A DNA stretch of 59,330 nucleotides from a virus. Taxonomy: Duplodnaviria > Caudoviricetes. Where the stretch lies: positions 1 through 59,330 of the IMG/VR virus record IMGVR_UViG_3300017747_003223. The stretch is one strand, 5' to 3'. Positions 17,648 to 28,500 of this stretch are shown here, piece after piece. A program made the translations under genes and the position numbers. The first letter of the stretch is position 1. Each line of letters begins with the position of its first letter. Under the pieces are notes generated by a model. The model saw nothing but the letters and a program-made list of their open reading frames with translations. It was not told the DNA's origin and made no database searches.

Positions 17648-18988
17648 ATGGAAAATGTTGAGCCCCCCGACGTAACTCCCGTTCCCCCTCCTGATGGATG
17701 GAACGAAGGAGTTCTTCCCTATCTCCGTGCATACGGGATCATTCCCCGCCCCTTCATCCCCATCACATCCTCCATGCACCGGTCAGCCTCCTGTGACCCC
17801 TTCCTCTTTTACCTCACCTACATCCTTGGCCTAGCCCCCTCCTTCCGCGTCTCTTCTAAGGCCCTAGTACGAGGATCGTGGGCCCATGTCCGCTTGGAGT
17901 ACGCTGAATCCCCCGCCGCCGCTGTCCCCTCCCTCATGCAGGGTCGTCTCAATACCCGCTTGGCAGAGATAGATCTTACGGGGGAGGCTTGGGGCTTGGA
18001 TCGTCCCACCCTTGATAGGTACAAAGAGGATGAAACGAAGTCCTTCAAGACGGCGTGGGCATGGTTCGATGCTCTCTCCGATGTTCGGCTACCCGCAGAA
18101 GCTACGGGCTTGTCCCGTCCCAGCACCTTCCTTGACTACCTCCTCCATCCCTCCCTCATGTGCCTCGGGCGTGAGATCAGGGCCCACCTTTGGGTCCGTC
18201 TCCCCAATCGTGAACCCTTCCTCGTCAGTGCTACATTCGATAGGGTCTACCTCAACACTCAGACCAACCAACTGTGGATCTTTGACTTGAAGACCTGCGA
18301 CGATATCCCCTCTCGCCGCTTAGAGACCGTCCACTTCGAGTTCCAGACCCAGCACTACCTCTTCATCCTCCGCTCGTTGTTAGAAGGGGGACACCTCAAT
18401 CACATTGCTGGTATCAACGCTCAGACGGTAGTGGGGGGTATGTGCCATCTGGCCATGCAGAAGCCCTCCATCAACTTTGATCGGCGGGTGGACCGTCCCT
18501 TCAAGTTCAATGAGCATGTCCTCAAGTCTGGCCCACGTAAGGGGCAGATCGAACTGCGGAAAGAGTTCCTGAGCGAGGAACCCCTGTTCGACCTCTATGT
18601 GGAACGCTGCAAGCGGTGGTACCGTGGTGAAGGCGAGTACCTAGAGGAACGTGCTGAGCGTGTCGTCCATCCCCCGGTCAACTTTTCTTTCAGCCCGACA
18701 GTGAAGGTGCTTGACGAGGATGGACTGCCCGACTACTATTCCCGGCTGGGAACAATCTTGGACCTGTGCCAGAAATCGGACCAACCCCCCGGATGTTTTA
18801 CCCGCAACGCTCGTTCCCTTTCTGCTAGGGAGGGGAACGATATTCTCCGCTCCTTCTACTTGTGTACCCCCCGTCAGTGGCCTGAGATCGTCGCCAGTAA
18901 CAAGATGATCCAGCATTGGCGGGATTCCGATGTAACCCCCAATACTTCATCCGGCTTTTACAACACCTTTCCAGTGAGTCCCACATGA
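17648..18988 (+). CDS. PD-(D/E)XK exonuclease (RecB/Cas4-like)
   Basis: ATFDRVY...IFDLKT...FQTQHY. Confidence 0.8.
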   Translation: MENVEPPDVTPVPPPDGWNEGVLPYLRAYGIIPRPFIPITSSMHRSASCDPFLFYLTYILGLAPSFRVSSKALVRGSWAHVRLEYAESPAAAVPSLMQGRLNTRLAEIDLTGEAWGLDRPTLDRYKEDETKSFKTAWAWFDALSDVRLPAEATGLSRPSTFLDYLLHPSLMCLGREIRAHLWVRLPNREPFLVSATFDRVYLNTQTNQLWIFDLKTCDDIPSRRLETVHFEFQTQHYLFILRSLLEGGHLNHIAGINAQTVVGGMCHLAMQKPSINFDRRVDRPFKFNEHVLKSGPRKGQIELRKEFLSEEPLFDLYVERCKRWYRGEGEYLEERAERVVHPPVNFSFSPTVKVLDEDGLPDYYSRLGTILDLCQKSDQPPGCFTRNARSLSAREGNDILRSFYLCTPRQWPEIVASNKMIQHWRDSDVTPNTSSGFYNTFPVSPT

Positions 18989-19434
18989 GTGATCCCACCC
19001 CCATCGTCCCGCCCACAGAGACCCGTATCATCCCCCTCTACGATCATATCATGGTCGTGAGGGACCAAGCCACTCAGAAGGTGGGAGGCATCATCATCCC
19101 CGAGCAAGCCAAGGAACCCCCGAACACAGGACAGGTCATCTCCACCGGTGAGGGCCGTCTGTGCCTCAGCCAAGTCATCGTTGAGGGGGGCGGTGCTGAT
19201 AACCGCGACCTCCTGTGCAAAGCTCATGTGGAGCCCCTCCGCGTTCAAGTGGGTGATAAGGTTCTCTTCCAGTCCTATGCCGGTACTCAGATCAAGATCC
19301 CCGGCACCGACGTTGAGGCCCTCATCATGCGAGAGGATGATGTGATCGCCATCATCTTGGAGCGGCCCGCCATCGACACTACCGATGTTGCCGCTGCCGA
19401 CTGTGCTGATCCGGCTCCCGACCCCTCCATCTAA
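18985..19434 (+). CDS. groES: co-chaperonin GroES
   Basis: PLYDHIMV, GGIIIPEQAKE, GQVISTGEG, VGDKVLF..YAG and LIMREDDVIA. Confidence 0.93.
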   Translation: MSDPTPIVPPTETRIIPLYDHIMVVRDQATQKVGGIIIPEQAKEPPNTGQVISTGEGRLCLSQVIVEGGGADNRDLLCKAHVEPLRVQVGDKVLFQSYAGTQIKIPGTDVEALIMREDDVIAIILERPAIDTTDVAAADCADPAPDPSI

Positions 19435-19450
19435 TCGTCAGTCCCTATTT

Positions 19451-19480
19451 GCACCCTCGCTGTGAGGGTGTGGTTTTCTT
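19451..19480 (+). terminator. intrinsic terminator
   Basis: GCACCCTC/GAGGGTGT hairpin followed by GGTTTTCTT. Confidence 0.5.
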
Positions 19481-19510
19481 GTCCCCCTATTCCTTGAAAG
19501 GAATAATCTC

Positions 19511-19936
19511 ATGAGTAACACTGCCCCCGACCTCACTCAGCCCGTCACCACCAAGGCGAAGAAGCTGAAAGCGGATGGTACCCCCGTCGCCGTGTCGAAG
19601 AAGAACGACTTCGGCGTGTCCGAGAAGAACCCCTTCAACACCTACGCTCCCCGCATCATGGAGCAGATGATCCGCCCCGACATTGCGGCGGCCATCGCGT
19701 CCTTCGGTGTGGCGGGCCCCAAGTCCGTGAAGCAGATCACGGATGCCTACAACACGGCTACCGGGGCTGGCGTGTCCGTCAACACGGTGCGGTCGTGGCT
19801 CCGCACCCTCGGCTACTCCATCGCCGTCCGGGCCGTCCTCACCCTCGACCCGAGCAAGCAGGCTCCCGCCGCCAGTGCGGACCCGGAAGCGGCCAACTTC
19901 CAGTTCGACCGCCCCCCGTCCATGGGTAACGGCTGA
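19511..19936 (+). CDS. putative winged-HTH DNA-binding protein
   Basis: SVKQITDAYNTATGAGVSVNTVRSWLRTLGYS; AAGGA SD; strong codon bias. Confidence 0.65.
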   Translation: MSNTAPDLTQPVTTKAKKLKADGTPVAVSKKNDFGVSEKNPFNTYAPRIMEQMIRPDIAAAIASFGVAGPKSVKQITDAYNTATGAGVSVNTVRSWLRTLGYSIAVRAVLTLDPSKQAPAASADPEAANFQFDRPPSMGNG

Positions 19937-19998
19937 TCGTCATGCTGGCCCCTGCCGGTACAACCTTCACTGTTCTCAATGACAAGGGGAGTCTAGCC

Positions 19999-20883
19999 AT
20001 GTCGAAGTTTGGATCGTTCGGCGTTGCTTCAACCCGCCAGTGGATCAAGCCATCCCGCCTCAAGGCAATCATCATTGGCGACTACAACTCAGGGAAGACT
20101 ACCTTCCTTGCTTCTAACCCGGCTGCGTTGATCGTTAACGTAGACCTCTCTTCTACACCAGTCCCCTCGCCGGACTCTCCTCCGCCCCCTGCTCAGATTT
20201 GGCCTGCCATGTCTCCTGATGGGTTTGCGATGCACCCGGACGGTACCCCCGTCAAGGGTTTCGGCTTCGCCCCCATCAGGAAGCTGGCGGACCAACTCGT
20301 TGAGGCAGCACAGAAGAACCTACCTCGTCCCGAGATGGTAGTCTTCGATTCCATCACTGAGTTGTTCAACATGTTGCGTCGCTACACGCTTGAACACTTC
20401 GAGAAGGAAACTTGGGATGAGGGCCGTGGTGATGCCATGTGGGAGTGGCTCTACCAACAGCTTAACACCTTGTTCACTGACCTTCGTGAGGTCGGCTACG
20501 GGGTGTGGGTTGTGGCTCACATCTCTCCTGAAACCATTACTGACGGGGACGGCAAGAAGTCCGTTCGGTGGTCCCTCTCAACTCCCCCAGGGTTCTTCAA
20601 ACGCTTCTACGGCACCTTCGAGTTGGCCTTGGAGATGCAAAAGGGCGTGCAGGTATCCGTGAAAGAAGTCGAACGGAAGGTGAAAGTCGGTGACGGCTAC
20701 ACCATCATGAAAGACACGGAGACTGTCAAAGAATCCTCCTTCACACTCATCGGGGAGAATCCCACTCGAATCTCCCTTTACAAGCGACGAGTTTGCTTCC
20801 CCGAACGTCTCAACGTACCCGCCATAGGGGGTTGGGCTATCTTCGAGGAAGCCTACTTGAAGGCGGCTAAGCCCGTCACCTAG
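19999..20883 (+). CDS. Sak4-like/AAA_24 recombination ATPase
   Basis: Walker A GDYNSGKT, Walker B VVFDSIT, VVAH; next to an exonuclease and an SSB-like gene. Confidence 0.8.
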   Translation: MSKFGSFGVASTRQWIKPSRLKAIIIGDYNSGKTTFLASNPAALIVNVDLSSTPVPSPDSPPPPAQIWPAMSPDGFAMHPDGTPVKGFGFAPIRKLADQLVEAAQKNLPRPEMVVFDSITELFNMLRRYTLEHFEKETWDEGRGDAMWEWLYQQLNTLFTDLREVGYGVWVVAHISPETITDGDGKKSVRWSLSTPPGFFKRFYGTFELALEMQKGVQVSVKEVERKVKVGDGYTIMKDTETVKESSFTLIGENPTRISLYKRRVCFPERLNVPAIGGWAIFEEAYLKAAKPVT

Positions 20884-20940
20884 TAGCCTCCTCCCTCTTC
20901 CATCCTTCCCCTTTCCCTTTCACTCTTTCGGAGCATCACT

Positions 20941-21513
20941 TTGGATACCAATCTCTCAGCTAATATCGTTTCGGGTCTCGACGCTTTCAATGAGGACTAC
21001 GCACAGGCGAAAGCCTCCACTGGCGGTGCCCAGCGCCCCCCCAAGGGCGAATGGGACAACACCGTGAGTTCCATCAACGTCACTACCGAAGATGTGAAGA
21101 TGCGTATCGGCAAGTCCGAAGAGATCCCCGCCTTCGCGGTGGACTTCAAGTACAAGCTGCTCGGCGGCTCGTCCTCGCTGCCCAACGAGATGAAGCAGGG
21201 TCAGGAATGGCCCGGTCGCCGCTTCATCTTCCCCACCTGCGGCATCCACAAGATGCCCGCTGGCGTCACTGAGGGCAAGAAAACCCAGCTCCGCATTCAG
21301 CTCGAACGGCTCAAGGGACACTTGACCACGCTGCTCGGGGCGGCCTATACTGGCAATCTCCCTGCCGACATTCAGAAGGCGATCCAACTGGTGTCGAACA
21401 AGGACGCGATCATCGCCGTGCGTGTGAACTGCACGTACCGGACGAAGGAAGATGACACCAGTGACGAAGGTACGACCTACTTCGATGAGTACCTCATGCG
21501 GCGTCTCTCGTAA
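20941..21513 (+). CDS. putative single-stranded DNA-binding protein (DUF669-like)
   Basis: PPKGEWDNTVSSI pattern, acidic C-terminal region, position after the Sak4-like gene. Confidence 0.6.
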   Translation: MDTNLSANIVSGLDAFNEDYAQAKASTGGAQRPPKGEWDNTVSSINVTTEDVKMRIGKSEEIPAFAVDFKYKLLGGSSSLPNEMKQGQEWPGRRFIFPTCGIHKMPAGVTEGKKTQLRIQLERLKGHLTTLLGAAYTGNLPADIQKAIQLVSNKDAIIAVRVNCTYRTKEDDTSDEGTTYFDEYLMRRLS

Positions 21514-21650
21514 TCCGAGAACACCCGACTACATCCTTTTCTCCTCTACCCCCACTTCGGGTGGGAGCTTGCTTCCCCAGCGACTCCCACCCTTATTCGT
21601 TTAATGGGAGTGCCCCCCTAACCGGGGGCCCCCCCTTTGGGAGACCCGTG

Positions 21651-21684
21651 GCCCCCCGCCGAGGAAACAGAGCGGGGGGTTTTT
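21651..21684 (+). terminator. intrinsic terminator
   Basis: GCCCCCCGC/GCGGGGGGT stem followed by TTTT. Confidence 0.6.
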
Positions 21685-22249
21685 GCCCCTGATCCCGTGT
21701 CAGACAGAGATTGTGTGCATCCCGCCAGCCGTACCGGAACCGGGCAACCCCTTCATTGCCTACTACACCTTGAAGGTTCTGGTCCCACCCTCTCCTCTTC
21801 ACCTGCCATCCTGCTTCGTAACTGACCTCAGTGAGAAGCCCCACTTCGTCACCGTCCCTACTACATGGTCCTACCTACAGACCTCTCAGGGTAACTACTG
21901 GTGCCTCACCCCTACCTTTCCCACTTCCAAGCCTTCCTATCCTGCGGGCCCCTCCTCCACCCTCTTCCCTCCCATCAAGCTGTTGTTGAGGTATACGAAG
22001 GACCAACTAACTCATATCAACTGCCAGATCAAGCAGAACTACACCAAGATATTGAGGGATAAGTTCGGTCCTCCCAACCCCTCCAACCTCGACGTATACA
22101 TCACGTTCATGGAGGCCCTTCGTCCCTCCTGCATCGACTACACCTCTCCCACCTCCTTCTCCCTTTGGGTTCAATCCCCCCTCGTCCCCGAATCCTTTCG
22201 CACTTGGCTAGCTAAAGAGCAAGGCCCCATCTTTATTGGAGACACATGA
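21683..22249 (+). CDS. hypothetical protein (start uncertain)
   Basis: Open frame coupled by ATGA to MazG. Confidence 0.5.
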   Translation: MPLIPCQTEIVCIPPAVPEPGNPFIAYYTLKVLVPPSPLHLPSCFVTDLSEKPHFVTVPTTWSYLQTSQGNYWCLTPTFPTSKPSYPAGPSSTLFPPIKLLLRYTKDQLTHINCQIKQNYTKILRDKFGPPNPSNLDVYITFMEALRPSCIDYTSPTSFSLWVQSPLVPESFRTWLAKEQGPIFIGDT

Positions 22250-22659
22250 TTATCCTCGATCCCGAGCAACGCGATTCTACCGTCCAGTGCCTCACCCTGA
22301 ACGCCTATCAGGGTGCCGCCCGCTCCACCGCCCTCTATCCGCCGGGCCTCATCTACCCCACCCTGAAACTGTGCGGAGAGGCCGGTGAATTCTCTGAGAA
22401 GGTGGGCAAGATCATCAGGGACTTCCCTGCCGCCCGCAAGGACTTCATCATCGACCTCACCGACGCCCAACGCATGGCCCTCCGTGCAGAGTTGGGGGAT
22501 GTGCTGTGGTATGCTGCGGCCCTCGCCCACGAACTCGGCACCACCCTTGGCGAGATTGCCTATGACAATCTGGTTAAGCTGCAACAGCGGAAGGCGACGA
22601 ACACCATTCAGGGTTCGGGCGACAACCGCCATCTCACTGCCTCCTCCTCCAATAGTTAA
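22246..22659 (+). CDS. mazG: MazG-like nucleoside triphosphate pyrophosphohydrolase
   Basis: YQ..A..TA.YP, GEAGE..EKV.K and ELGDVLWY...N..KL..R. Confidence 0.9.
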   Translation: MIILDPEQRDSTVQCLTLNAYQGAARSTALYPPGLIYPTLKLCGEAGEFSEKVGKIIRDFPAARKDFIIDLTDAQRMALRAELGDVLWYAAALAHELGTTLGEIAYDNLVKLQQRKATNTIQGSGDNRHLTASSSNS

Positions 22660-22690
22660 TCAGCCCCCCTTCATCCAGTAAGGCCACGCC

Positions 22691-24697
22691 ATGAGTATTT
22701 CTGTTTCTGCTCGGGCCGAGATCATTGCTCGGCGTAACTACCATCGCCCTCTCAACCTCAATGATCCCCGCTCTCCCTTTGAGACTTGGGAGCAGGTCAT
22801 TGGTAGGGTCATCCAGCATCAAGCATGGCTTTGGAACAGGGCTATCGGTCGCGGTGACGTAGACCCCTCCAACCTCTTCACCCGTGCGGACCTCATCGCC
22901 TACTTGGGCTCAGAAGCCCGTGCCGATGAACTCTGCGAACTCTTCAAGTACATGCACGCCCGTGCCTGCCTCGTTGCCGGGCGTACCCTTTGGCTGGGCG
23001 GCACCCCCACTTCTCGCCGCCGCGAAGCCTCTCAGTTCAACTGTAGCTACACGGAGTTGGAAACCCCAGCCGACAAGCGGGACGCCTTCTGGCTGTTGTT
23101 GCAGGGGTGTGGAGTAGGGGGCCATCCCCTGCTTGGCTCCCTCTACTCCTTCCCCCGTCACATCCCATTACTGGAAGTCATACCCACGAACCCCGACCTG
23201 CGAGAACGTATCCAGCACAGTGCCCTCAAAGTGGTAGACGATGGAGGGGTCAAAACCGGCGTCCTCGTCGTAGGGGATTCCGCCGAGGCCTGGGCCTACG
23301 CCGCTCAACTCTTTCTGACCTTCTCGAAGAGTGTGGGTAAGCTGGTGCTGGACTGCTCGAACATTCGTCCGGGCGGGCAACGGCTGAAAGGTTACGGTTG
23401 GATTAGTCATGGTCATGGCCCCCTTGCTACGGCGTTCAATGAAATCTTCAAGATTCGGAACGAAGCACCGGGTACAGCCCTGACCTTCGCCCAAATCCAC
23501 AACATCTTCAACCTTCTCGGTACCGTCCTATCTACCCGTCGCAGTGCCGAGATTGTTCTCTGTGATGCTACGGATAAGCATATGGAGGAGTTTGCTCTTT
23601 TCAAGTCCGACATGAAAGATTCTGGCTGGTGGAAGTACATGTCGAACAACACCGTGTCCTTTGACACCTACGATCCGCCCGTAGACGAGATCAACCGCCT
23701 TTTTGACCTCATGGTGGCCTCTGGCGGCAGCGAACCCGGTATCCGCAACGCCTACATATCCAAACAGCGTGCCCCGTGGGCCCGTGGCTGCAACCCCTGC
23801 GGCGAAATCCTCCTCCCTAATAAGGGCTTCTGCAACCTCGTGGAAATCAACGTAGCCCATCAGTGGTTCCTCGATTCCCCCGCCCTCCTCCAACGTGCTA
23901 CCTACCTCATCGCCCGTGCCAACTATCGTCAGACCTGTGTTAACCTTCGTGATGGCATCCTCCAAGATGCGTGGCACACCAACAACGAGAACCTCCGTCT
24001 CTGTGGCGTCTCCTTGTGCGGGTTGGCTAGGTTGGGCAAGCTCGATCCCATCTGGTTGGAGGAGTTGCGTTCAGTAGCCCATTGGGGAGCCGATAGCATG
24101 GCCGACGAGCTTGGCACCCCCCATTCCGCCCTTGTCACCACCATTAAGCCGGGCGGCACCCTCCCCAAGATCATGGACACCACCGAGGGATTCTCGATGC
24201 CCCTCGGTCGCTACATTTTCAACTGGGTCAACTTCGAGAGTTACGACCCACTCCTTAGCCTCTTGAAGCTGGCTGGTTACGAGGTCATTCCCCATCCTTC
24301 CAATGGAATGGAGAATAAGTTCCTCGCCTGCCTTCCGCAAGATTTCGGGTTCGAGCCCCACATCGAAACTGCCGTAGAACAGTTGGATCGTTACGCCATC
24401 CTCATGCAGTCATGGTGTGACCACAACGTATCCTGCACCATCTACTACGAACCCCATGAGATAGAGTCCATCAAGCAATGGTTCGCCGAACCAGCCAACT
24501 GGCGGTCCTACGTCGGTTGTTCTTTCCTTCCCCGCACCCCCACAGAGACCTATGACTACTTTCCCCAAGTGGCCGTAACAAGAGAACAATATGAGCTATA
24601 CACGTCCAAACTTCGTCCCATCGACTTCAATGGGTTCGGCTCCCTCAACCGCACAACCGAAGTCGAGTGCGGCGGTGGGGCCTGCCCCGTCCAGTAG
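22691..24697 (+). CDS. nrdJ: class II (adenosylcobalamin-dependent) ribonucleotide reductase
   Basis: ETW..V..R, GRTLW, FNC, GCGVG, RRSA, NPCGE, FCNL and TTIKP.GT; C-terminal CGGGACP; no beta subunit gene. Confidence 0.92.
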   Translation: MSISVSARAEIIARRNYHRPLNLNDPRSPFETWEQVIGRVIQHQAWLWNRAIGRGDVDPSNLFTRADLIAYLGSEARADELCELFKYMHARACLVAGRTLWLGGTPTSRRREASQFNCSYTELETPADKRDAFWLLLQGCGVGGHPLLGSLYSFPRHIPLLEVIPTNPDLRERIQHSALKVVDDGGVKTGVLVVGDSAEAWAYAAQLFLTFSKSVGKLVLDCSNIRPGGQRLKGYGWISHGHGPLATAFNEIFKIRNEAPGTALTFAQIHNIFNLLGTVLSTRRSAEIVLCDATDKHMEEFALFKSDMKDSGWWKYMSNNTVSFDTYDPPVDEINRLFDLMVASGGSEPGIRNAYISKQRAPWARGCNPCGEILLPNKGFCNLVEINVAHQWFLDSPALLQRATYLIARANYRQTCVNLRDGILQDAWHTNNENLRLCGVSLCGLARLGKLDPIWLEELRSVAHWGADSMADELGTPHSALVTTIKPGGTLPKIMDTTEGFSMPLGRYIFNWVNFESYDPLLSLLKLAGYEVIPHPSNGMENKFLACLPQDFGFEPHIETAVEQLDRYAILMQSWCDHNVSCTIYYEPHEIESIKQWFAEPANWRSYVGCSFLPRTPTETYDYFPQVAVTREQYELYTSKLRPIDFNGFGSLNRTTEVECGGGACPVQ

Positions 24698-25583
24698 CAT
24701 CACCCCCGCCGAACTCTTCGACCTTCACTCACGCCTCACCGAAGAAGCCCGCACCCTCATGGGTAACAAAAACCATGACTACACGGCGGGCTCCGGTGAT
24801 GCCCTCCACAACTTTAGGGGTGCTGTCACTCGGGGACTGGTGAGGAACGCCGGGGCTAGCGTCCTCGTTCGCATGGACGACAAGTTCGCACGCCTCTGCT
24901 CCGCCTCCCTCACAGACCTTAAGGTCGCTGATGAGAAGGTAGTCGATACTGTCAAAGACCTCATCAACTACGCTGTCCTGTTCTACGCGGCCTATCGAGA
25001 GGGTGATGCCCAAGCCCTTAACAACATCAAGGAGGGCATCAGCACTAACCTCGAAGACCTCCGAACTGCGAGTGACCCCATCGCTGGGCAGCATACCTCT
25101 CTCCCTCCTCGTTTTCGTGGCTCTCGCCCTTATTCAAAGGTGCTGGTAGCTACGGGATGCTTCGACCAACTCCATGCGGGCCACATCCATCTCCTCGCCC
25201 GTATGTTCCATCATGCCTGCGACGTTAAGGGGGCCATCGAACTGTTCATTGATAGTGATGAACGGGTAACCCAACTCAAGGGACCCGGCAGGCCCATCCA
25301 GTGTTTCGGGGCTCGCTGTGAAGCCATCTTCACCTTCTTCAAGACCTTCCTCACCCTGCCGGGAGAGTTCCGTCCCCCCATCAGCATCTTCAGCTTCACT
25401 ACTATGGGGCAGTTGGAGGACCTCTTCAAGTCAGCTAACCCCACCCATGTCTATCGTGGTGGCTCCGCCCTCCAGAATGTCTACACGGGGGGCCTGCATG
25501 GTGTAGAGTTGGTATTCGTCCCCATCCTGCCCGGTCACTCAACCACAGAGAACCTCGAAGCCAAGATGGGTAAGGCCCTCTAG
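24591..25583 (+). CDS. fusion of Nmad1/DUF1599-like domain and RfaE/HldE-type cytidylyltransferase-family domain
   Basis: N-terminal KNHDY...NF...VRMDDKFARL...D..NYA; C-terminal TGCFDQLHAGH, SDERV..LKGPGRPI and GHSTT; start uncertain. Confidence 0.78.
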   Translation: MSYTRPNFVPSTSMGSAPSTAQPKSSAAVGPAPSSSITPAELFDLHSRLTEEARTLMGNKNHDYTAGSGDALHNFRGAVTRGLVRNAGASVLVRMDDKFARLCSASLTDLKVADEKVVDTVKDLINYAVLFYAAYREGDAQALNNIKEGISTNLEDLRTASDPIAGQHTSLPPRFRGSRPYSKVLVATGCFDQLHAGHIHLLARMFHHACDVKGAIELFIDSDERVTQLKGPGRPIQCFGARCEAIFTFFKTFLTLPGEFRPPISIFSFTTMGQLEDLFKSANPTHVYRGGSALQNVYTGGLHGVELVFVPILPGHSTTENLEAKMGKAL

Positions 25584-28500
25584 GGGTTGAAGTCGGCAGC
25601 GGAGAAGGGTCCCCACCTATTATCGCCGGGCTGTTCAGCCCTCCTCCTGTTGGGTACCCTCTCCGCCTTTATCGCTTCACGGATGGCAGCCACGGTTTCC
25701 GGGTGTAGCACAGACTCACGGGGAGTCCTACTCGCGGCTGTCGAGAGACCGACCAACGCTTCCGGTGGCACATTGAAGTTCTCCGGTATAGCCTGACCTG
25801 CGATCTTTGCATATTCTTCCCTCACTTCGGGCGGCATCCTATCCAACTGCCGTTCCACCCTCGGGGTATCCATCCTGCTCAGGAACTCTTTCCACTGAGC
25901 CTTGGTCACCGTCAAGGGTACCTTGAACCTCTTATCGAACTCCTTGGCCATCCGTTCCGCCTTATCGGATTGGCCATTCACCATCATTCTCATATACTCT
26001 CGTCGAGCATTAGTGATCTCATCCCTCTGCTTGACCAGATATTGCATCATCCCACTCTCACCCCCTAGGGCTCCCATGTCCACGCCTAGACTCTTAGCCA
26101 TTAGCGTGCCCACCCCTTCCAGCCCAATCAGGTTACCGGTCTGATCGTACACGGGGGCCCTACCATCACTGGTAAGAGTGTTCCATCCGGCATACCTCTT
26201 CTGCCCAAGGAACTTGAGGGGCCCCAAGTCGGGCATACTCCCCATCATCCTGCTTAGGGCCACGCCCGCAGGCAACAGCCTAGGCAGCGTCCTCGTCAGC
26301 AGGGCCTGATCCTCTTCAATCCATCCCTTGATTGCATCCAACGGGATATCGAGAATGGGAGGCAGTGGCAACGGGGTGGCCGTGTCCCTCGAATCTATCC
26401 TGCCTTGGGAGAGGCCGGGCACGATATCCGTAACCGCACTCGCCAAGCCCGCCCTACTGATATCGGCTCCTGTTAGGCTCTTGGCAACCTCATATCCGAG
26501 AGCCGAAACAGCCATACCCCTCGCCGTGTCATTTGCGAACCCAATGAGCGATTGCATCCCCTCCCGCCCGGCTAGCTTGGGGCCGGTGTAGGTCCACGCC
26601 GTAAAGCTCCGTAGCGGGAATGTGAGGAACTGCCTCAGCAGCGGGTTAGCCAGTGCCCGTCCCGTGATAAATCCCTGCCCCCTCGATCCCAGCGTAGTAG
26701 TCTCATCAAGGAAGGCCTGTGGCGTATTCATCCAATGGCTACCATACTGACTCTCTCTAGTCAGGGTGCGGATGTTGTCCACCATCAGTTCAGGGCTAAC
26801 CTTGATCCCCTTACTGATCGCCTGTTGGGTCCTGTAGTAGGCCGTATGAGCAGCCACATTCCTATTCATGATCTCCGCCTTGGAGAACAGGGCCATCGGA
26901 TACTCAAAGAGCCATCGTTCGGCCTTTCCCTTCACCTTATGCTCCGTCAGCATACTTTGGAAGATGCGACCCTCCAAGTTCTCCATCGTGTCACCGGCCA
27001 CCTCAAGAAGATCTTCTCCCTTCCAGTTGGCGAACTTATGGGTCTCCCTCAACAGTTGGGCCCGTTCATAGCTGGTGATGGGCTTGAACCCCGTTGCCGC
27101 CCTCTTACTGATATAGGCTCCCATCTCCTTGAAGGCTTCGGAGTACCCCTTCAACACATTACCATACCCACCCCACATCCCCGCGAAGAGGAAGGGCTGA
27201 GTAGCGTTGACGATAGCCGAAGGTATATTCAGTGCCAAGTGGCTACTGTAGAGCCCCTTCGTGATCCAGTTCTGTAGCTGCTGGCCCTCCTCGAAGGCAT
27301 CATCCGTGTTGTCGCCCCACTCCCTCATGGTCTTGATGAACTTCTTGCCGAAGTCACTCCCGCCCTCAATAGCGGTAGCAGCGTCGGTATCGAGGAACGC
27401 CCCCATCAGTTGCTTACCCTTCGTGATCGCCGATACCTTGAGCAGGCTTTCCGTACCTACCCTACCCAGCAGTCGGGGTACCACGATCTTGCCAATACTG
27501 TCACGCTGCCACCAGTTACGGGCTACCCCATAATCAGCGAAGAGTACATCGGCCACAGTGAACCCGCCCATCGGCTCATCCGCCGTCCCCTCAATCTCTT
27601 TCAAGGTCTTGTCGAGCCCGGCCCTCTTACCACCGAACGCCGCCCTATGAGTGGCCGCGTCCGTACCCGTCTCACCCCATGGCTTCATCTTGCCGATCAG
27701 CGTACCATCCACTTCTCGTACACCGGGGCCTACATCCTGCACGAACATGGCATAAGTGCGGCTCATCGAGTCTACATGCTTGCCAATAGATTCGCTGGGC
27801 CTGATCCTAAAGAACCTCACCGACCGATCATGGTTAGAGGTATCCTTCAAGATCTCTACAGCCTGCTGATACTTCTTGGTACCCTCCTCCGTCGCCCCCA
27901 ATATCTCAGCCTGAGCCAGCAGATCATCGGGGTGATAGACGACCGGATTAAGCTGCCGTGGCACAGCACTACCACCAACCCTCATCGAAGAGGCCCACCG
28001 AGCCTCCTTGACAGGCACGCCCCCAACTTCCTTCCCCTTGTTGATCGTACTCACCACATTCAACGGCATATAGAACTGATCCTTCCGAATAGGATCAAGC
28101 ACTGCCGTCTTCACCATCCCCTCGAACGCCTCCCTCGTAATGGTGCCAGCTTCGACTTCCTTAACGAGGTCTCCCATGACGGTGCGGACCATCTCCCGCC
28201 CGGCGAGTTCTTGGGCGTTCATCTTCTCCCCCAGCCCCTTGGGAAGGTTAGCCCACAGCCTTGTTACCGCCCTCTCATCCTTGAAGACCATCTCCGCCGT
28301 CTTCTTGAACGAACCCCTTGCCGAATCGACCAATCCCTCAGCTCCATACTTACTAAGAATAGTGCGGGGATCAATCATCACCTCCCTCGGGAACTCGACA
28401 GCCTGCAACTCCATCTTCCCATCCTTCAAGATGGGAACCATCCGGGTCACATCCTTATCCGCTCCCCTCAGTGCAGCATCCAAGCTAACCGAGATTTCCT

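Noticed and set aside
17648-18988. Cas4 as evidence of a CRISPR system
   Set aside because: Stand-alone PD-(D/E)XK nucleases near Sak4/SSB genes are ordinary phage recombination genes
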